This document shows, piece by piece, positions 13,074 to 26,333 of a stretch of DNA of 64,000 nucleotides (position 1 is its first letter; each line of letters starts with the position of its first letter). A model generated the notes under the pieces. It ran no database searches and had not been told where the DNA came from. It saw nothing but the letters and a program-made list of their open reading frames with translations. The translations under genes were made by a program, and so were the position numbers. The stretch is from Sphagnum compactum (taxonomy: Eukaryota): the NCBI GenBank assembly GCA_965153455.1, contig OZ234493.1:6138001-6202000 (forward strand). The letters run 5' to 3'.

Positions 13074-15125
13074 ATTACATTACATTACATTAGGCCCTTT
13101 ACCAGTATTGGCAGCAACACTAGATGGTGCCGCATAAAACACTGCACAACAAAGACCTAAGTCCGCCTGCGTTTGCACGGGCGGTCTGGCTGCACTCGCG
13201 TCGGCGCTTAAGACTCAAGTTTGAGTCCTTGCACCATTGGGCGTCAAAAATCCTTGTCATGCGCCTGTTCATACCACTCCCCACCATGAATTGGTATGCC
13301 AGCTGCCAGAAAGTCCCCTTTCAAAGTGGTTGCAAAATTGTGCTGAAGACAGCCGTGAGGGTAGTGGGCCCCCTGCAAGTGCATTAGTAACGCAATGTGA
13401 GGGTACCTATTCTACGATAACTTGGCAACGTGACCTAACCGTCTTAACATGTGCTGCCTAAGCAACAAGGTCAATGGCTTGGCTTTGCAAACCTCCCACA
13501 TGTGAGTGAGGTGGTGTCGGTCCGTGACCTTCACGCCCAAAATCCTTTTAAGGCAGCTGTTGTACGCCACTTCCAGTCGTTTCTGCTATGTTTGCGTCAG
13601 GTTCCAAGTTTCACTCCCATACAGGAAGTGAGGCACAACAAATGTGTCAAACACTTGCATTTTTGTGCTCAACTTCAAGTGCTTATTGCCCCAAACGCGC
13701 TCAAACTGGGCGAAGGCCCCTAGCCCTCGTCCTCAGCGTGCCGCCACTTCTGCATCAAGTTTAGTGTCGAATGATAAAACCCCTCCCAAATATTTAAACT
13801 GAACCAGCTCAACTAGACCGCCGCTAATGGTGACATCCACCGTAAGTTGGGACGTGCCCTTGCCCATAGACATTATCTTTGTTTTGGATGCATTAATGCG
13901 CATAGTAAAACGTTCTGCAGTGTTGTCCATGGCCTTCAACATTAGCACTAGGTTCTCCAACTTTGTGGAAAACAGCACCATGTCATCTGCAAATAATAAC
14001 AAAGAAATCTCATGTAGCGTTAGGTCCCCCTTTGCCCTCCATTCAAATAGCATTTTGCCATCACCACGGTAGCCCACTGAGATTCCTGCGTCTTCAGGCA
14101 TGTCAGCAAGGGCCTGCCTAACCACAAAGTCTAGGAAAACATTGAACAGTAGAGGTGCCACCACACAACCCTGACGCACACCGCTATTGATAGTGAATTC
14201 TTTGCCCACCTGGCCCCGAAGCCTAACCGCTGCAAGTGTTCCAACGTGCAAATCCTCTAATAGCTGTATGATTCTAGAAGGAACCCTGTAGATGCGCAAA
14301 ATCCGCCACAACACATCCTTATTAACCCAATCAAAAGCCTTTGTCAGATCAATAAAAGCCATATGCAACTGAGTGTTGTCAATAAGTTTAGCCATGCTAG
14401 CTAGTTGATGCAACACAAACATGGCATTTGTGATACCTCGGCCGGAACGAAAGCCGCATTGTGCTTCGAGCAGTTTAGGCTCAACCACCCTGCTAACCAT
14501 GTGCATCAATAACATGGCGTATACCTTGCCGGGAATGCTAAGGAGGCTAATCCCGCGGTAGTTATCCGAGCATTACTGCGAACCCTTTCCTTTATATAAT
14601 GGCATTGCAAGTGCACGTTTCCAAGCTACCGAGGCCCGCCCTAACCTCCAAACCGCCATAATCACCTGGTGCAACCAGCAGACTGCAATAGAACACTCCT
14701 TGAGCAAAGGTGAAGTGATGCCATCTTCACCGAGTGCAGCAGTGTTGTGAAGTTTTTTCACACAATCAGCAACTTCCGACAAAGTCGGCTCTTCTGCAGC
14801 ATCCCCTTGGGTATTCAGTGAAGCCTCAATCTCACACACTTTGGCATCTAACTGCACACGAGTTTCCTTAGGTAAATCTCTGCCGCCCCCTAAGACATTT
14901 GCAAAGTGTTCGAAGAAGCGCTATAACGATGCCTTGGGGCTGTGGATGAGGAGACCCTGTCGGTCCAGCAAAGCTTTTGGGGCCCCACGTTTGGCAGAGG
15001 TGCCCCCTGCTGCCATGTGCTTAGCCTGGCAAGCCCAGTCCCCTATGCGTCCATGTTCGCGCAAGCGAGAAGCTGTATCAGCTTGCCGTTTCAAGTAAGC
15101 GTTGACATCACAAGCTACAACCTTC
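13074..15125 (-). mobile_element. 5'-truncated non-LTR retrotransposon (RTE-like LINE) with a disrupted reverse transcriptase
   Basis: RT motifs EAQCGFRSGRG, AFIDLTKAFD, GVRQGCVVAPLLFN, LLFADD and FKYLG in ORF 13733-14515. Upstream frames PLYKGKGS and GEDGI are broken by frameshifts and stops. The 3' end is a short (TGTAA)n tail at 13074-13092, typical of RTE elements. The block is GC-rich against AT-rich flanks. Confidence 0.9.
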
Positions 15126-15494
15126 TTAACAATAAATATACTTTAATCAAATTAAATTATCTAACTAACTATATGAATTCATTTTATTAAAATATTTCAT
15201 AATTCCAAAAGCCAAGTTCATGAAGCACAAAATTTAAAATAAAAATATTTATATAGGATGTTGATGTCAAAAACCCCCCCTTTCATAACCACAGTTCATT
15301 AACCATGGTTATCACTTGCCATGCATGGGTTGATAAATTAGGGTTTGAGGAAACCCAATTCTGTGCAGGATCTCTGTCTCGCTCGATCTGTCGCTCGCGC
15401 AAATCCAAACGCAACGACGACGGATTGTCGTGTTTGTGAAGAGCGCGAGTTGGGTGGAATCCGAAGTTTGTAGCTGTGGAGACTTGGAGGAGCA

Positions 15495-18400
15495 ATGGAG
15501 GAGAGGATAGAGCCCAGCACGTATGATGTCATAGTGTTGGGCACAGGCTTGCCAGAATCTGTGCTCGCAGCTTCCATCGCTGCCTGTGGCAAGTCAGTTT
15601 TGCATTTGGATTGCACTGGATTCTATGGCGCTCACTGGACTTCGCTTTCCTTTCCTCAAATCTCATCTTTCGCATCCTCCTCCAATGGTCATCTTCCTTG
15701 CCCTGAGTATTTCCCCCAAAACCAGATCCTAAACCCTAGGATGCCGTCTGCTCCTGATGATTCTGTGGATTCAAATGGCAACTCTAGCTTTCGACAAGTA
15801 CACGGATTAGCACAACAACAACAACATCCGGATGGCGGCTCTGTTGCAGATCCTGGATCTTTTTCTCCTCCGAATAGAAGCTTTGGAAATGGTGCAGTGG
15901 TGGATGGAGCTCTGGAGGGACTTGTAGAGGATGAATTGGAGGTTTTGGAGATGGCGGAGCAGCCTTCTTTGTACTCCTCTGTGCGGATATGGTCCTCAGA
16001 GGGAGCTAGTCTTGGCCCTTCGAATCGGTTTTACCTAGATTTAGCAGGTCTGTAGTGCCTAATTCTTTCTACCCATTTTTGCCATGGAACCTCAATTCAA
16101 CAACTCTGTGTGTGTGTGTGTGTCTCTCTCTCTCTCTCTCTCTCTGAGGGGCAGTATGTTGTTTGAACTACTTGAAGCTCAATATATGCATGAATGGGGT
16201 TTTGCTTTTTCTGCCTTTTTATGCATGGTTTCAGTTGGCAGGTCCGAAGCTGGCATTCTGCGCGGGGCCTCTGATCGACTCATTGTTAAGATTACAGGCT
16301 GAGCACCATGTCAAATTCACAGCTGTTGAATCGAGCTACATCTGGAGGTGAGGTATTTCCAGGTTTAGGGTTTAGGGTTAGTGTATTTCCAGTGTGGAAT
16401 CTATTTGACCTAGAACAAAAGGGGTGTCTTCAGAAAGTCTAAAGTCATGAAAGAAAGAGGCCTGATCATGATACATTCTCTACATGATAAATGGGTTTTG
16501 CATCTTTTCAAACCTTGACATATTATATTGTGATGATGACTTTGTGGCACTTTCTGTTCTAGGGATCATGTGTTGGCAGTGGTCCCAGCTTCACGTGCTG
16601 AGATCTTTCAAGACCGATCCTTGAGCTTGCCTGACAAGAGATTCCTGATGCGCTTCTTCAAGCTGGTGACTGATTACGCAGAGTCACCTAATGGGACAGT
16701 TGCAGAACTGTCCGCTAGTGATCTTGAGCGCCCATTTGTAGAGATTCTTCAAAGAAAAAACCTTCCTCCTTATATAAGAGAGTATGTATACTATCTCCAA
16801 AATGCTTATCAGATATGTTCAGGGTGCCAGGAGCCCCAACTGTTACACTCTATGTAGTCCTCTCTATGCTGTTGGATTAGATGCTTGCTTTAATAGGCAA
16901 GCTAACACGAGACAAAGCCAACCCTCACAAGCTTTTGCAGGCTGACTGAGGTACTACTAGCTGGCTTTGTGATTACCTATGCTTCTTGAGTGCAAGCTGG
17001 CATTCTTGACCAAGTCTTACTGTAGCTTCCAGAAATGTGACAGAAACTCAGGATGCAACTGTTTGCCTGAAATTATGAGTGGATTATTCTACACTTATCT
17101 ACACCTCCATTGTCAGGAGTTGATAAAGTAAGTGGGGAGTAATCACAGCAAGTCACTGGTAGTCATGATGAAGGTGATTTTTTGATATTCTATGAGTGCC
17201 GAGTGCCACTCTCATGATTACCACACTTGTTCTTGCCATGTCTCTGGTTTTTTGTGGGGAGGCAGGGGGGAACTGACACAATTTTCTTTCAAATTTTCGT
17301 TGTGGAGTTTTCTCTGCAATCTTGTAGATATGTATCTGTAAATTCTTTTGCATCTATTCAAGTATCTTCTACAATTCTGTACAGATGTTGTGGTATAATC
17401 CTTTAAGAGTTACTGATTTTGTTTGTGATGTGATGGATGGTTGCAGCATTATTTTGTATGCAATAGCTCTTGCAGATCAAGATCAAGAACAGGCATCAGA
17501 TGCAAGAAGAGTTCTTAGAGCAAAAGAGGGCTTTGCAACCCTGGCGCTTTATCTAGCATCAGCAAGTAGGTGGGTTTGCAACCACCCCTCCTTTGCAAAG
17601 TCTTTTCATCACTATAATCTCACACTGCTATAATTTGCATTCTGATTGTTACCTGGTCACAGGTTTCCAACTGCGCCTGGGCCGTTTTTGTACCCTATGT
17701 ATGGACAGGGAGATCTGACTCAAGCTTTTTGTCGGTGTGCTGCAGTCTGTGGAGCTCTCCAGGTATGTCTCCTTTTCCTTTTATTTTACTTTTAGCAATA
17801 CATGAGAATGGGTGATTGCTATTAGTTCAGTTGTAACTCCTTTGTTAGGATTCAATTTTTTGTGATCAATGAAACTTGGGTGCTTGGTTGAAATATTGTA
17901 ATTGAAATGCAGTCTGAGATGAGCTAAGTAAGGTTTATAACTCTGTGTAACTTGCCCTTTTTGTAGATTCTGCGGATGCAAGTCAGTGGTTTTCTCATTG
18001 ACAAGGTATTTCGTACATTCTTTGCCTCCAGGTTTTACAACAAGGTGTCTGGAACATGTGTGGATCATATCTATACTGTGCTTAGTTTGAGTAAATTGGG
18101 TGGTGCAGGAGACTAAGGATTACAAGGGTATTGAAACAGCATCGGGACAGCATCTGTACAGTGGGAAGCTAATCACTGGTCCTTCTTTCTGCCTGAGGTC
18201 AGTGTCATCAACATCAACTGAAGACAGGGACAATGGAGAGGAAACTGCACACCACAGCTTTTCAGAGTCTACAAGCACTACCACCGACTCAGCGAACAAA
18301 GTGGCTCGTTGCATTTGTATTACTGATCAGTCCTTGCAACCAGGCGTGAGCACCCTCTTGGTCATCTTCCCGCCCAGATGTATGAAATTTGTCCTAAGGC

Positions 18401-19360
18401 CTCAGCCACTCCTGAGTTTTTCTTTTCATTTTTTGCAAATTTTTTGTTTTGTATTCACAACCACAATTTGGTTCTTGATGTGCTGAGGGTTAGCGATGTG
18501 CAGGTCTTCATATTAGAACAGCATTGGTGGTGCGAGCCTTGCAGTTGGGGTCGAGGTCTGAAATTTGTCCCGATGGCAAGTGAGCCCTTTGTGTGCCCTG
18601 GGAAACCGATCATTTTCATGAAAAACTTAACAAAGTTACTGATTACCTTAGTTTTCTTATGTTGTGGGGGTTTGTTCTTTTGCCAGATATGTTGTGCAGT
18701 TGTCTACAGTTTGCTCTAATTCAACAGCCGGAGATGAGGCCTTGCAAGCAGCTGTAGATGCTTTGTTCCACTCTGAAAGCAGAGAGAGTCAAGTGACCAA
18801 CACCAACAGCAAACCAAAGTTGTTGTGGTCTTTATGCTATGTCCAGACCATGACTACTCCTTGGGCCAACTGGGTCAGTTTCCCAACCTTTTTGTATTTG
18901 TAGTAGTGGATGATGCTATTCCTCATATGCCCTCTATTTTCAAAGTTCAATGGACACCAGAGAATGTGAATTGCAGGAACCGCAGGGTGATGTGGGGATG
19001 TGCTGTATGCCAGATGGGACTTTGGATTACCGAACTATGATGGCTCAGACAGAAACGGTATGTGCATTGGGATCTCCTATTTTCATCTCCTATGTGTGAA
19101 ATGACCTTCTCAACTTGTTTCACATTTCATGTGCACAGAAAAATAACCACATAGGGTTTGTATGTGTCAAACTATGGACTGGCCTGCATTATTCAGATGC
19201 TGTGTTCTACAGATCTGCAACATTTTCTGTGGGTTTTGTGGCACATCAGATCTTTCACAAGCTTTTTCCAGAGCAAGAGTTTTTACCAAGAGTGGTGGTG
19301 GCTGCAAACAACGGGGAGGATGGAGAAGCAGATGATGTTGATGGTGTGAATAGTGTTTAG
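15495..19360 (+). CDS. REP: Rab escort protein (Rab geranylgeranyltransferase component A; GDI/REP family), 11 exons, 621 aa by my model
   Basis: Motifs YDVIVLGTGLPESVLAA...VLHLD..GFYG..W, VPASRAEIFQDRSLSLPDKRFLMRF, LYPMYGQGDLTQAFCRCAAV and VARCICIT. GT-AG exons: 15495-16047, 16242-16347, 16563-16781, 17447-17569, 17663-17762, 17967-18005, 18109-18379, 18504-18579, 18687-18873, 18977-19057, 19250-19360. They sum to 1866 nt in frame. Confidence 0.93.
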
Positions 19361-21749
19361 AAAGTTTAGTAAGGTTCCAGGACTTTGTTATCAGGTGCCA
19401 TGTGTTTCCAAGTTTTTTCCATATGATGCAGGATAAGCATGTGAATGGTATTGTGATAGGGTTCATGGTATTTAGCATCAATTGCATACAAAGTCCCCAA
19501 AGATTGGAGCATTTGTGTAGGATACAATGCTGTTAAGCATCAATGACGCAATGGCTTAATCATCACTCTAAATAAAGTCTGGGTTGTTGACCAAATGCCA
19601 ACAAAGTTCTGGTGATGGAAGAGCAGACTGAGCGATGGAAACAGTTCAGTGATGTAAGAAGCTTGTGTGAAACGTTAGCATTCTAGCCAGAGGAGATGCA
19701 AACCTGTCATGCTGTCCGGTTATCTCTGCCATAGTTCTGCCATTAAAGGCCAATAAAAAAATTAATCAAACTGTGATTCTCTTGTTTCCTTTTTGCAATC
19801 TTGGCAGTGTTTTCTTCCCTCTCATGAGCAAAAATGATTTCACACTGATATTTTGATGATTCTGCTTGTATTTTGATGATTTAGGTGTATAGAACAACTG
19901 GAGATGCTATTTTTGTTACTTTGATTTTCTTAGGTATATAAGTAAGGGACCAGGTGTTTGACATCTGCGCAATCATCATTGTCTATGAGATGGGTTTGTG
20001 AAATTTTCTCTGGAAGATTGAGCAAAGTTTTTCTATTGCCTTCTTTTTTTGTGCAGCCTGTTGCAGTCGTTTTCAGTTTTATTTCTTCTTCAGCTTGGAA
20101 TTGTATATGTTTGGTACATTGTGACTATGCAAAGTCTGATTTTGAGAGTGGGAGGGAAGCTTATGAATGGTGTCAAAATGGATACAAATTGTGTTGAAAG
20201 TTTTGCTTGAGGGTGGTACTCACATTGCAGACTTTTCTCAATTGAGGACGGCTGTCTATTGCATCTGTGTTGAGGTTGTGGTTGGCCATGGATTCCAGAC
20301 CTGATTCTTTGGAAGTTTTGACGGACTGGAATATTGAGGGCAGGACGTGTGGGTTTCAGGATTTCAGTTTCAGGGTTATGTCCAAAGCAATTTGAAGAAG
20401 ATGTTGGTGGTGACAATTCAAGGAGGAGAAAGGAACGAGGAGCTCCTGAGACCAAAAAGAACGTGATCTTAGTTGCTGTCTTGAGAACTTTGGTCAAATT
20501 GGTCATTTGGTCGAATTGTTCAAATCTCAGCAAGAGCATGCATATGGCCATCCCCAATAGCTTTTGTCTCGATCCACTCCTAGAATCACATAGATTTCTC
20601 TCAATTGCATCACAGTTGTTGCGACCTTTCCTCACACATGTATTGCTGCAGCTGGGTGATGTCAGAGTTTTCATGCATTCTTGTGATCTCCATGTGCAGC
20701 TCACAGTGTTAGCATCCTCGAATCCAGTTCACGTGGTGCTAATTTTGAAGTCTCTCAATGCTTTCACTTGTGAGTGCCCTGATGCATACCTATTTCTTGT
20801 TTTGAGTATACTAACTTAATGATATCCTGGCTGGCTAAGGTGCCAAGTTCTCGGAAGAGCTACAGAATAAAATCCGGAGTTTCCAAGGCACTGTCTTTAG
20901 CTACAGGTACAGTTCCAGTGCTTCTGTTGTGTGTAGAAATTTGTTTGTGACTTGAATTGCTTGAGCAAGCAGAAGTTCAAATTTTCAGCAGCTCTGTGCA
21001 TTTTGTTGAGAAAGCTGATAAAGAAGTGCGGGTGCGTAAAAAAGGGAGTAATTAAAATTCCAGGTTATGCAGTAGCAGCATCTATAATGATGGTAACTTG
21101 TTGGGCAGTGATTCTGGAAGAGAGAGCATTGGATCTGGGACACAATGATGAAGTCTTTTTTATCTACACAGGACCTAAGAATATAGTCGGGATCAGGACT
21201 TACTGGGTCTCTCCTCTGTTTACAACTCTCTTTGTACATACAGCAGACTAAATGATGATTTATGAACTTGACAAAAAAATTTGTTTTGTGCTTGCTACTT
21301 AAGCCACAATTGAAAAGTGGGTTCCACGCACTGCACAACATCCAAACATCAATCCATCCATCACGGTGCTGCCAGTGGCTGTTGATTCACTCTGGCCCAA
21401 TTCTTTCTTCCCTTTGTGGTGGTAGTGGTGGTGTGCTGGTGGCTGTTGGTTCACTCTGGGCAAACTTTGACCCAATTCTTCAGGTGCAATATATATTCTT
21501 TCACCACAAATCCTGCAAGGACCCTATATCACAATAAAAAATACAGACAGAGCTTGTGTGTGTGTGTGTGTGTGTGTGTTGTGTGTGCGTGTTTGTCTGC
21601 CATGAAAGGAGTGCAAGTCTTGTCAACATAAGAAGAAGACTATTGGAGATTTTGTTGTCAGGCAGCGGTCATTCAGAAATGACGTTGCCCAAAGAGACAC
21701 ACATCCATCATGGATTGGGATGGATGAGATCATCCATCATGGATGATGT

Positions 21750-22055
21750 GTGTCCTTAGTAAAAAAAATTGGATTGGGATGGGGCCGAGTGTCCTTAGTA
21801 AAAAAATTTGGATTGGGATGGGGCCGAGAGTCCTTAGTAAAATTTTTGGATTGGGATGGGGCCGAGTGTCCTTAGTAAAAAAATTTGGATTGGGATGGGG
21901 CCGAGAGTCCTTAGTAAAAATTTTGGATTGGGATGGGGCCGAGTGTCCTTAGTAAAAATTTTGGATTGGGATGGGGCCGAGTGTCCTTAGTAAAAAAATT
22001 TGGGTTGGGATGGGGCCGAGTGGTCCTTAGCAAAAAAGTTGGATTGGGATGGGGG
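21750..22055. repeat. Minisatellite, 8 copies of a 38-39 bp unit
   Basis: Unit GTGTCCTTAGTAAAAAAATTTGGATTGGGATGGGGCCGA repeated head-to-tail. Variation is mostly in the A/T run. Confidence 0.95.
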
Positions 22056-22289
22056 TGTTCTCTCTCGATCGATCGGGGACATCTAGAAATTAGGCTACAT
22101 AGGTTAGGGTGTGCTTAAGGAAGGGGCTATTAGTCCAGGCCAAAAATAGTGGCAGCCAATTTTAGGAATAGAATTTCCATGCAACCAATAGAGAAGAAGT
22201 TGCATCATGGAGCGAAGGGGCCTCCCTTTTTTTTTCTTTTTTCTTGTGGGTGGGGGTTGTGAAAAATATATTTTTGTAATATTATTTAT

Positions 22290-22470
22290 CAAAAGCCAAA
22301 ATACATAAAATATTTGAAATATATATAATAGCCAAAATATCATGTGTCAAAAATCCTCATATAAAAATATATAGACCTAATAATATTATTATTATCATTA
22401 CCTAGTAGGGGCCAAAATCTCCCTTAAGCTACTATTACACTCTATAATGAATCTAAACACAATAATATAT
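22290..22470 (+). repeat. Dispersed repeat, also present at ~42160-42265
   Basis: AAAAATCCTC.TATAAAAATATA...TAGGGGCC...CCCTTAAGCTACTAT..ACTCTATA.TGAATCTAAACACAATAATAT occurs at both sites. Confidence 0.75.
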
Positions 22471-24619
22471 CCTTCCTTGCCTTGGTAGTAGGCAAGGCCA
22501 ACAAATATGTGTTATCCATGACACAAATTTTAGTTATGGACCCATTAATTACCTAGTAACAACATCTCTTATGCAAACAAATTGTTTAAAAGTTTATTAT
22601 TAAATTTATTTATAAATAATAATTTACATTTAATTAATTAATTAATTAAATTAAATAATTACAAATTTGAGCCTTCAACCCATAATTAAGACAACATTGA
22701 CTCATATTAATGACTCATGATCCCATGTAGTTAGCCTACTCAATCTTTTTTTCCTTCTTCTTCTTGGAAGTTGTTGGTCTCAGTGATAAATTTTTTGGGG
22801 GCCAAATTTTTATCACTTTATAGACAAATAAATTGGGAATTTTTTTTTTGGAATTTGTTTTTCCCTAGTATAAAAATAAATTAAACTAAAAAAAAAATCT
22901 AATTTTGGGGGAAAAAAATACAATTTTTTTTATAACTCAAAATTGGAAATTAAAAAAAATTAAATAAAAATCCTGAGTGGGCTTGGCCAAATTATCAAAA
23001 AGGGGGGGGGGGAGGGAAAAAAAAGAAGAAAAAAGAACCCCATCAAAGCTTGCTTTAGTGATCCTAAGCAGCTGGTTACTCCTTAATAAGCCTTTCAATC
23101 CTTTCTTTCATTCATTCATTCTTTCTATTTTTTTTCTTTCTGGCTAGGCCAATGATAAAATAAAAATAAAATAAAAATAAGAATTAAAATTAAAATAGAA
23201 AAATTAAAATAATAAATTTAACATAAAATAATAAAATAAAATAAAATAACTCATAAAATCTTGCTAAGTTTGTAGATTTGAGGACAATTCTACTATGTAC
23301 CTATTATTATTATTATTATTTACCTAAATCAGGGGAGATTGCATACCTTAGTGTACCTTACAGATTTCCATAAGATGCCTGCCAGACGCCAGTCTGGGGG
23401 GCCAGGACCCCTTCATAAGGTCCTTGCCAGCCAGCCAGCCAAGCCAGCCAGCCTGTCTGTCCCAAATGATTATTCTTTTTCTCTTTTGGAGGGATTCTTT
23501 TCTTAAATAATAATAATAATTATTATTATTTTTACCCTTCCAGACCCCTTTTTTTCTCATAATACCTACAAAGAGTCTTAAGGAGAGGAAGAAGTTAGAA
23601 GTTAGAGAGTTCCCTTGGGTGAAGAAGGGGCACCCACCCCACATATATTCGTGCCATGATAAAAACCTCAAATAAGGTGTTTTTTTTAATAAATTATTTT
23701 TAATTAATAAATTAATTATTAATTATTAATTATTAATTATTATTTTTTCTGTAAGGGTAATGCCCAAGGAGTGAGGAGTTTTGGAAGTAAGTGGCCACCT
23801 AAGGTGAACCCCAAGGCCATGATTGACTTTGGAAACTCCCCCACTTAGAGAGGTGTTACCAAGCATTAAAAATTGATGTGATTAAATTAATTTTTTTCCC
23901 CTTGTTATATATACCCAATGGGTATCGGGTGGGTACTTGTTGGGTATCATGAGATTTTTTTTTTTTAAAAATGATGTAAGGCATTTTGGAAAATGGAAAA
24001 AAAAAACCCCATGCCTATTTTGTGTGTTTCATTTTCCAAAAAATGGCTCCCCCCCCCCCCCAAGATGTTATGCTCCGTAAGCACACCTCCAAATACACTA
24101 AGGAAAATAAATTTTTGGAGGTTTTTGACAAGGTTATTTGCAACCGTTACAAACATCCCCCCCTCCTAAGACCGAAGAAAGTCCAAAATTTCACATTTCC
24201 TGGGTTAAATTATTATAGCCATTAAGGAGGCCTCCATCAAGAAGAACATGAGGGAGGGCTACCCTAGTTCACCTTGGTGGGTTAGTTAGAACTGAGAACC
24301 AAGGTTAGGGAATGGTCCAAAAAAGGACAAAAAAAAAGGAAAAGGTAAGAAATGGAGGAGGCTTTAAAAGGGAGGAAGGGAAGCATCATTGGGAAGAATA
24401 TACCTAATAAGAAGAACCAAATTGAGACTCATGGGAACACAGGTTGGGAACATACAAGTAAGTTGAGAACATGGGAACACAGGTTGGGAACATACAAGTA
24501 AGTTGAGAACAGGTGTCCTTGATAACAAGGGAACAGACCCAAATTGGGCACACATTTATTTTAACTGACCCGTCTTTAATGCAAATGGGGTCGTTCTGAC
24601 AACATGTCAATTTGGGGGG

Positions 24620-25700
24620 AACCTAAGGGAACCAGAAAAAAGGGGGGGGGTTCTCTTAAGGGAACAGAAGGGAACGTACAAAAAACAGGTTCTCTCCTAA
24701 GGAAACCCGAAAAAGGGGTTCTCCTAAGGGAACAGAAAAAAATGGGTTCTCTTTAAAAGGAGCATACAAAACAGGTTCTCTCCTAAGGGAACCAAAAAAA
24801 AAAAAGGTTCTCGTAAGTAACGGAACAGGAAAATGCCTTCTCTTTTAAGGGAACATTCAAAATAGGTTCTCTCCTAAGGGAACGAAAAAACGGGGGTTCT
24901 AATGGAATAGAAAAATGGGTTCCCTTTTAAGGGAACATACACAATGTTCCCTGAAACACAAAAAAAAATTAGGTTCTCTACTCAGGTAAGGGAACAGAAA
25001 GAATGTGTTATCTCCTAAGGGAACAGAAAAAAATGGGGTTCTCTTATAAGGGAACAGAAAAAAATGGGTTCTCTCCTAAAGGAACAGAAAAAATGGGTCT
25101 GTCTGATAAAGGGAACAGGTTAAAATGGGGATCCTCCTAATGGAACACACAAAATGGGTTTTATTCTATGGGAACATACAAAATGGGTTCTCTTCTATGG
25201 GAACATAATAAGTGGGTTCTCTTCTATGGGAACATAATAAATGGGTTCTCTTCTATGGGAACATAATAAGTGGGTTCTCTTCTATGGGAACATAATAAAT
25301 GGGTTCTCTTCTATGGGAACATAATAAATGGGTTCTCTTCTAGGGGAACATAAAAAATGGGTTCTCTTCAAGGGGAACACACAAAATGGGTTCTCTTCTA
25401 TGGGAACATATTGGGAACAAAAATGGGTTCTCTTTTATGGGAACATACAAAATGGGTTCTCTTCTATGGGAACAGAAAAATGGGTTCTCTTTTATGGGAA
25501 CAGACAAAATGGGTTCTCTTCTATGGGAACATATTGGGAACAAAAATGGGTTCTCTTTTATGGGAACAGACAAAATGGGTTCTCTTTTATGGGAACAGAA
25601 AAATGGGTTCTCTTTTATGGGAACAGAAAGGGTTCTCTTCTATGGGAACAGAAAAATGGGTTCTCTCCTAAGGGAACAGACAAAGTGGGGTTCTCCCAGA
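24620..25700. repeat. Minisatellite of ~29-bp units (GGGAACATAATAAATGGGTTCTCTTCTAT) with degenerate edges
   Basis: Many tandem GGGAAC...ATGGGTTCTC units. Near-perfect 29-mers at ~25199-25345, and a duplicated higher-order block of ~124 bp at ~25402-25630. Confidence 0.95.
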
Positions 25701-26262
25701 AATGTAGGCTTTTGTGGTTTTGGGGGGGGGGGGGAGAGGGGGGGAGGATGGAGTGCCAAAAACAGAGTCTCTTGGGGGAAAAAAACACACTCAATTTTAC
25801 TTACATTTGTGATTTTGGTGTTGTGTTGTCGTTGACCTGTGTTGTAGGGTTGTGTGTTGATGTGTTGATGTGTGTGTGTGTGTGTGTGTATGTGTGTGCT
25901 TTTGTTGTTGTTGAAGTTGTTGTGTGGGCAAGCTCAGGTCTTTTTTCAGGTACCCAGCTACAAACACTATTTTCCTCTTCTTCTTTTTTTTTTTCCCCTT
26001 CTATTTTTTTTTAAAAAAAGGAGGGGTTCTTTGTCAAGAAGAGTCAGCAAGTGTGTCTATCTCTCCAGTTGTTGTGTTGCTTTCCTTGGTGAACCCCAAA
26101 AACAAAAAAAAAACAAAACAAAACAAAAGAGTTGGTGGGTTTTGTAAAACAGAAAGAGGGAAGGAAAAAAAAAGTGGAAACAATTTGAGGCTCTTTTGTG
26201 AAAGATTTGGTTTGTTGTTTGTTTTTTTTGCAATGGGGTGATCATGCATGTAGTCAATGTTC

Positions 26263-26280
26263 TCACACACACACACACAC

Positions 26281-26330
<50 letters not shown>
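26263..26330. repeat. Compound microsatellite (CA)n(CT)n(CA)n
   Basis: Visible directly in the sequence. Confidence 0.9.

Positions 26331-26333
<3 letters not shown>

Noticed and set aside
13050-15140. Target-site duplication for the LINE
   Set aside because: Only a weak AATAA match in AT-rich flanks, which is not convincing.
24620-25700. CRISPR-like appearance (29-bp hairpin repeats)
   Set aside because: Units are contiguous with no unique spacers, there are no cas genes, and the context is eukaryotic. The same applies to the array at 21750-22055.
25328-26014. Overlapping ORFs with MGSLLWEQ / KWVLFYG / NGFSSMG repeats
   Set aside because: They are translations of the minisatellite in all frames, running into microsatellites.
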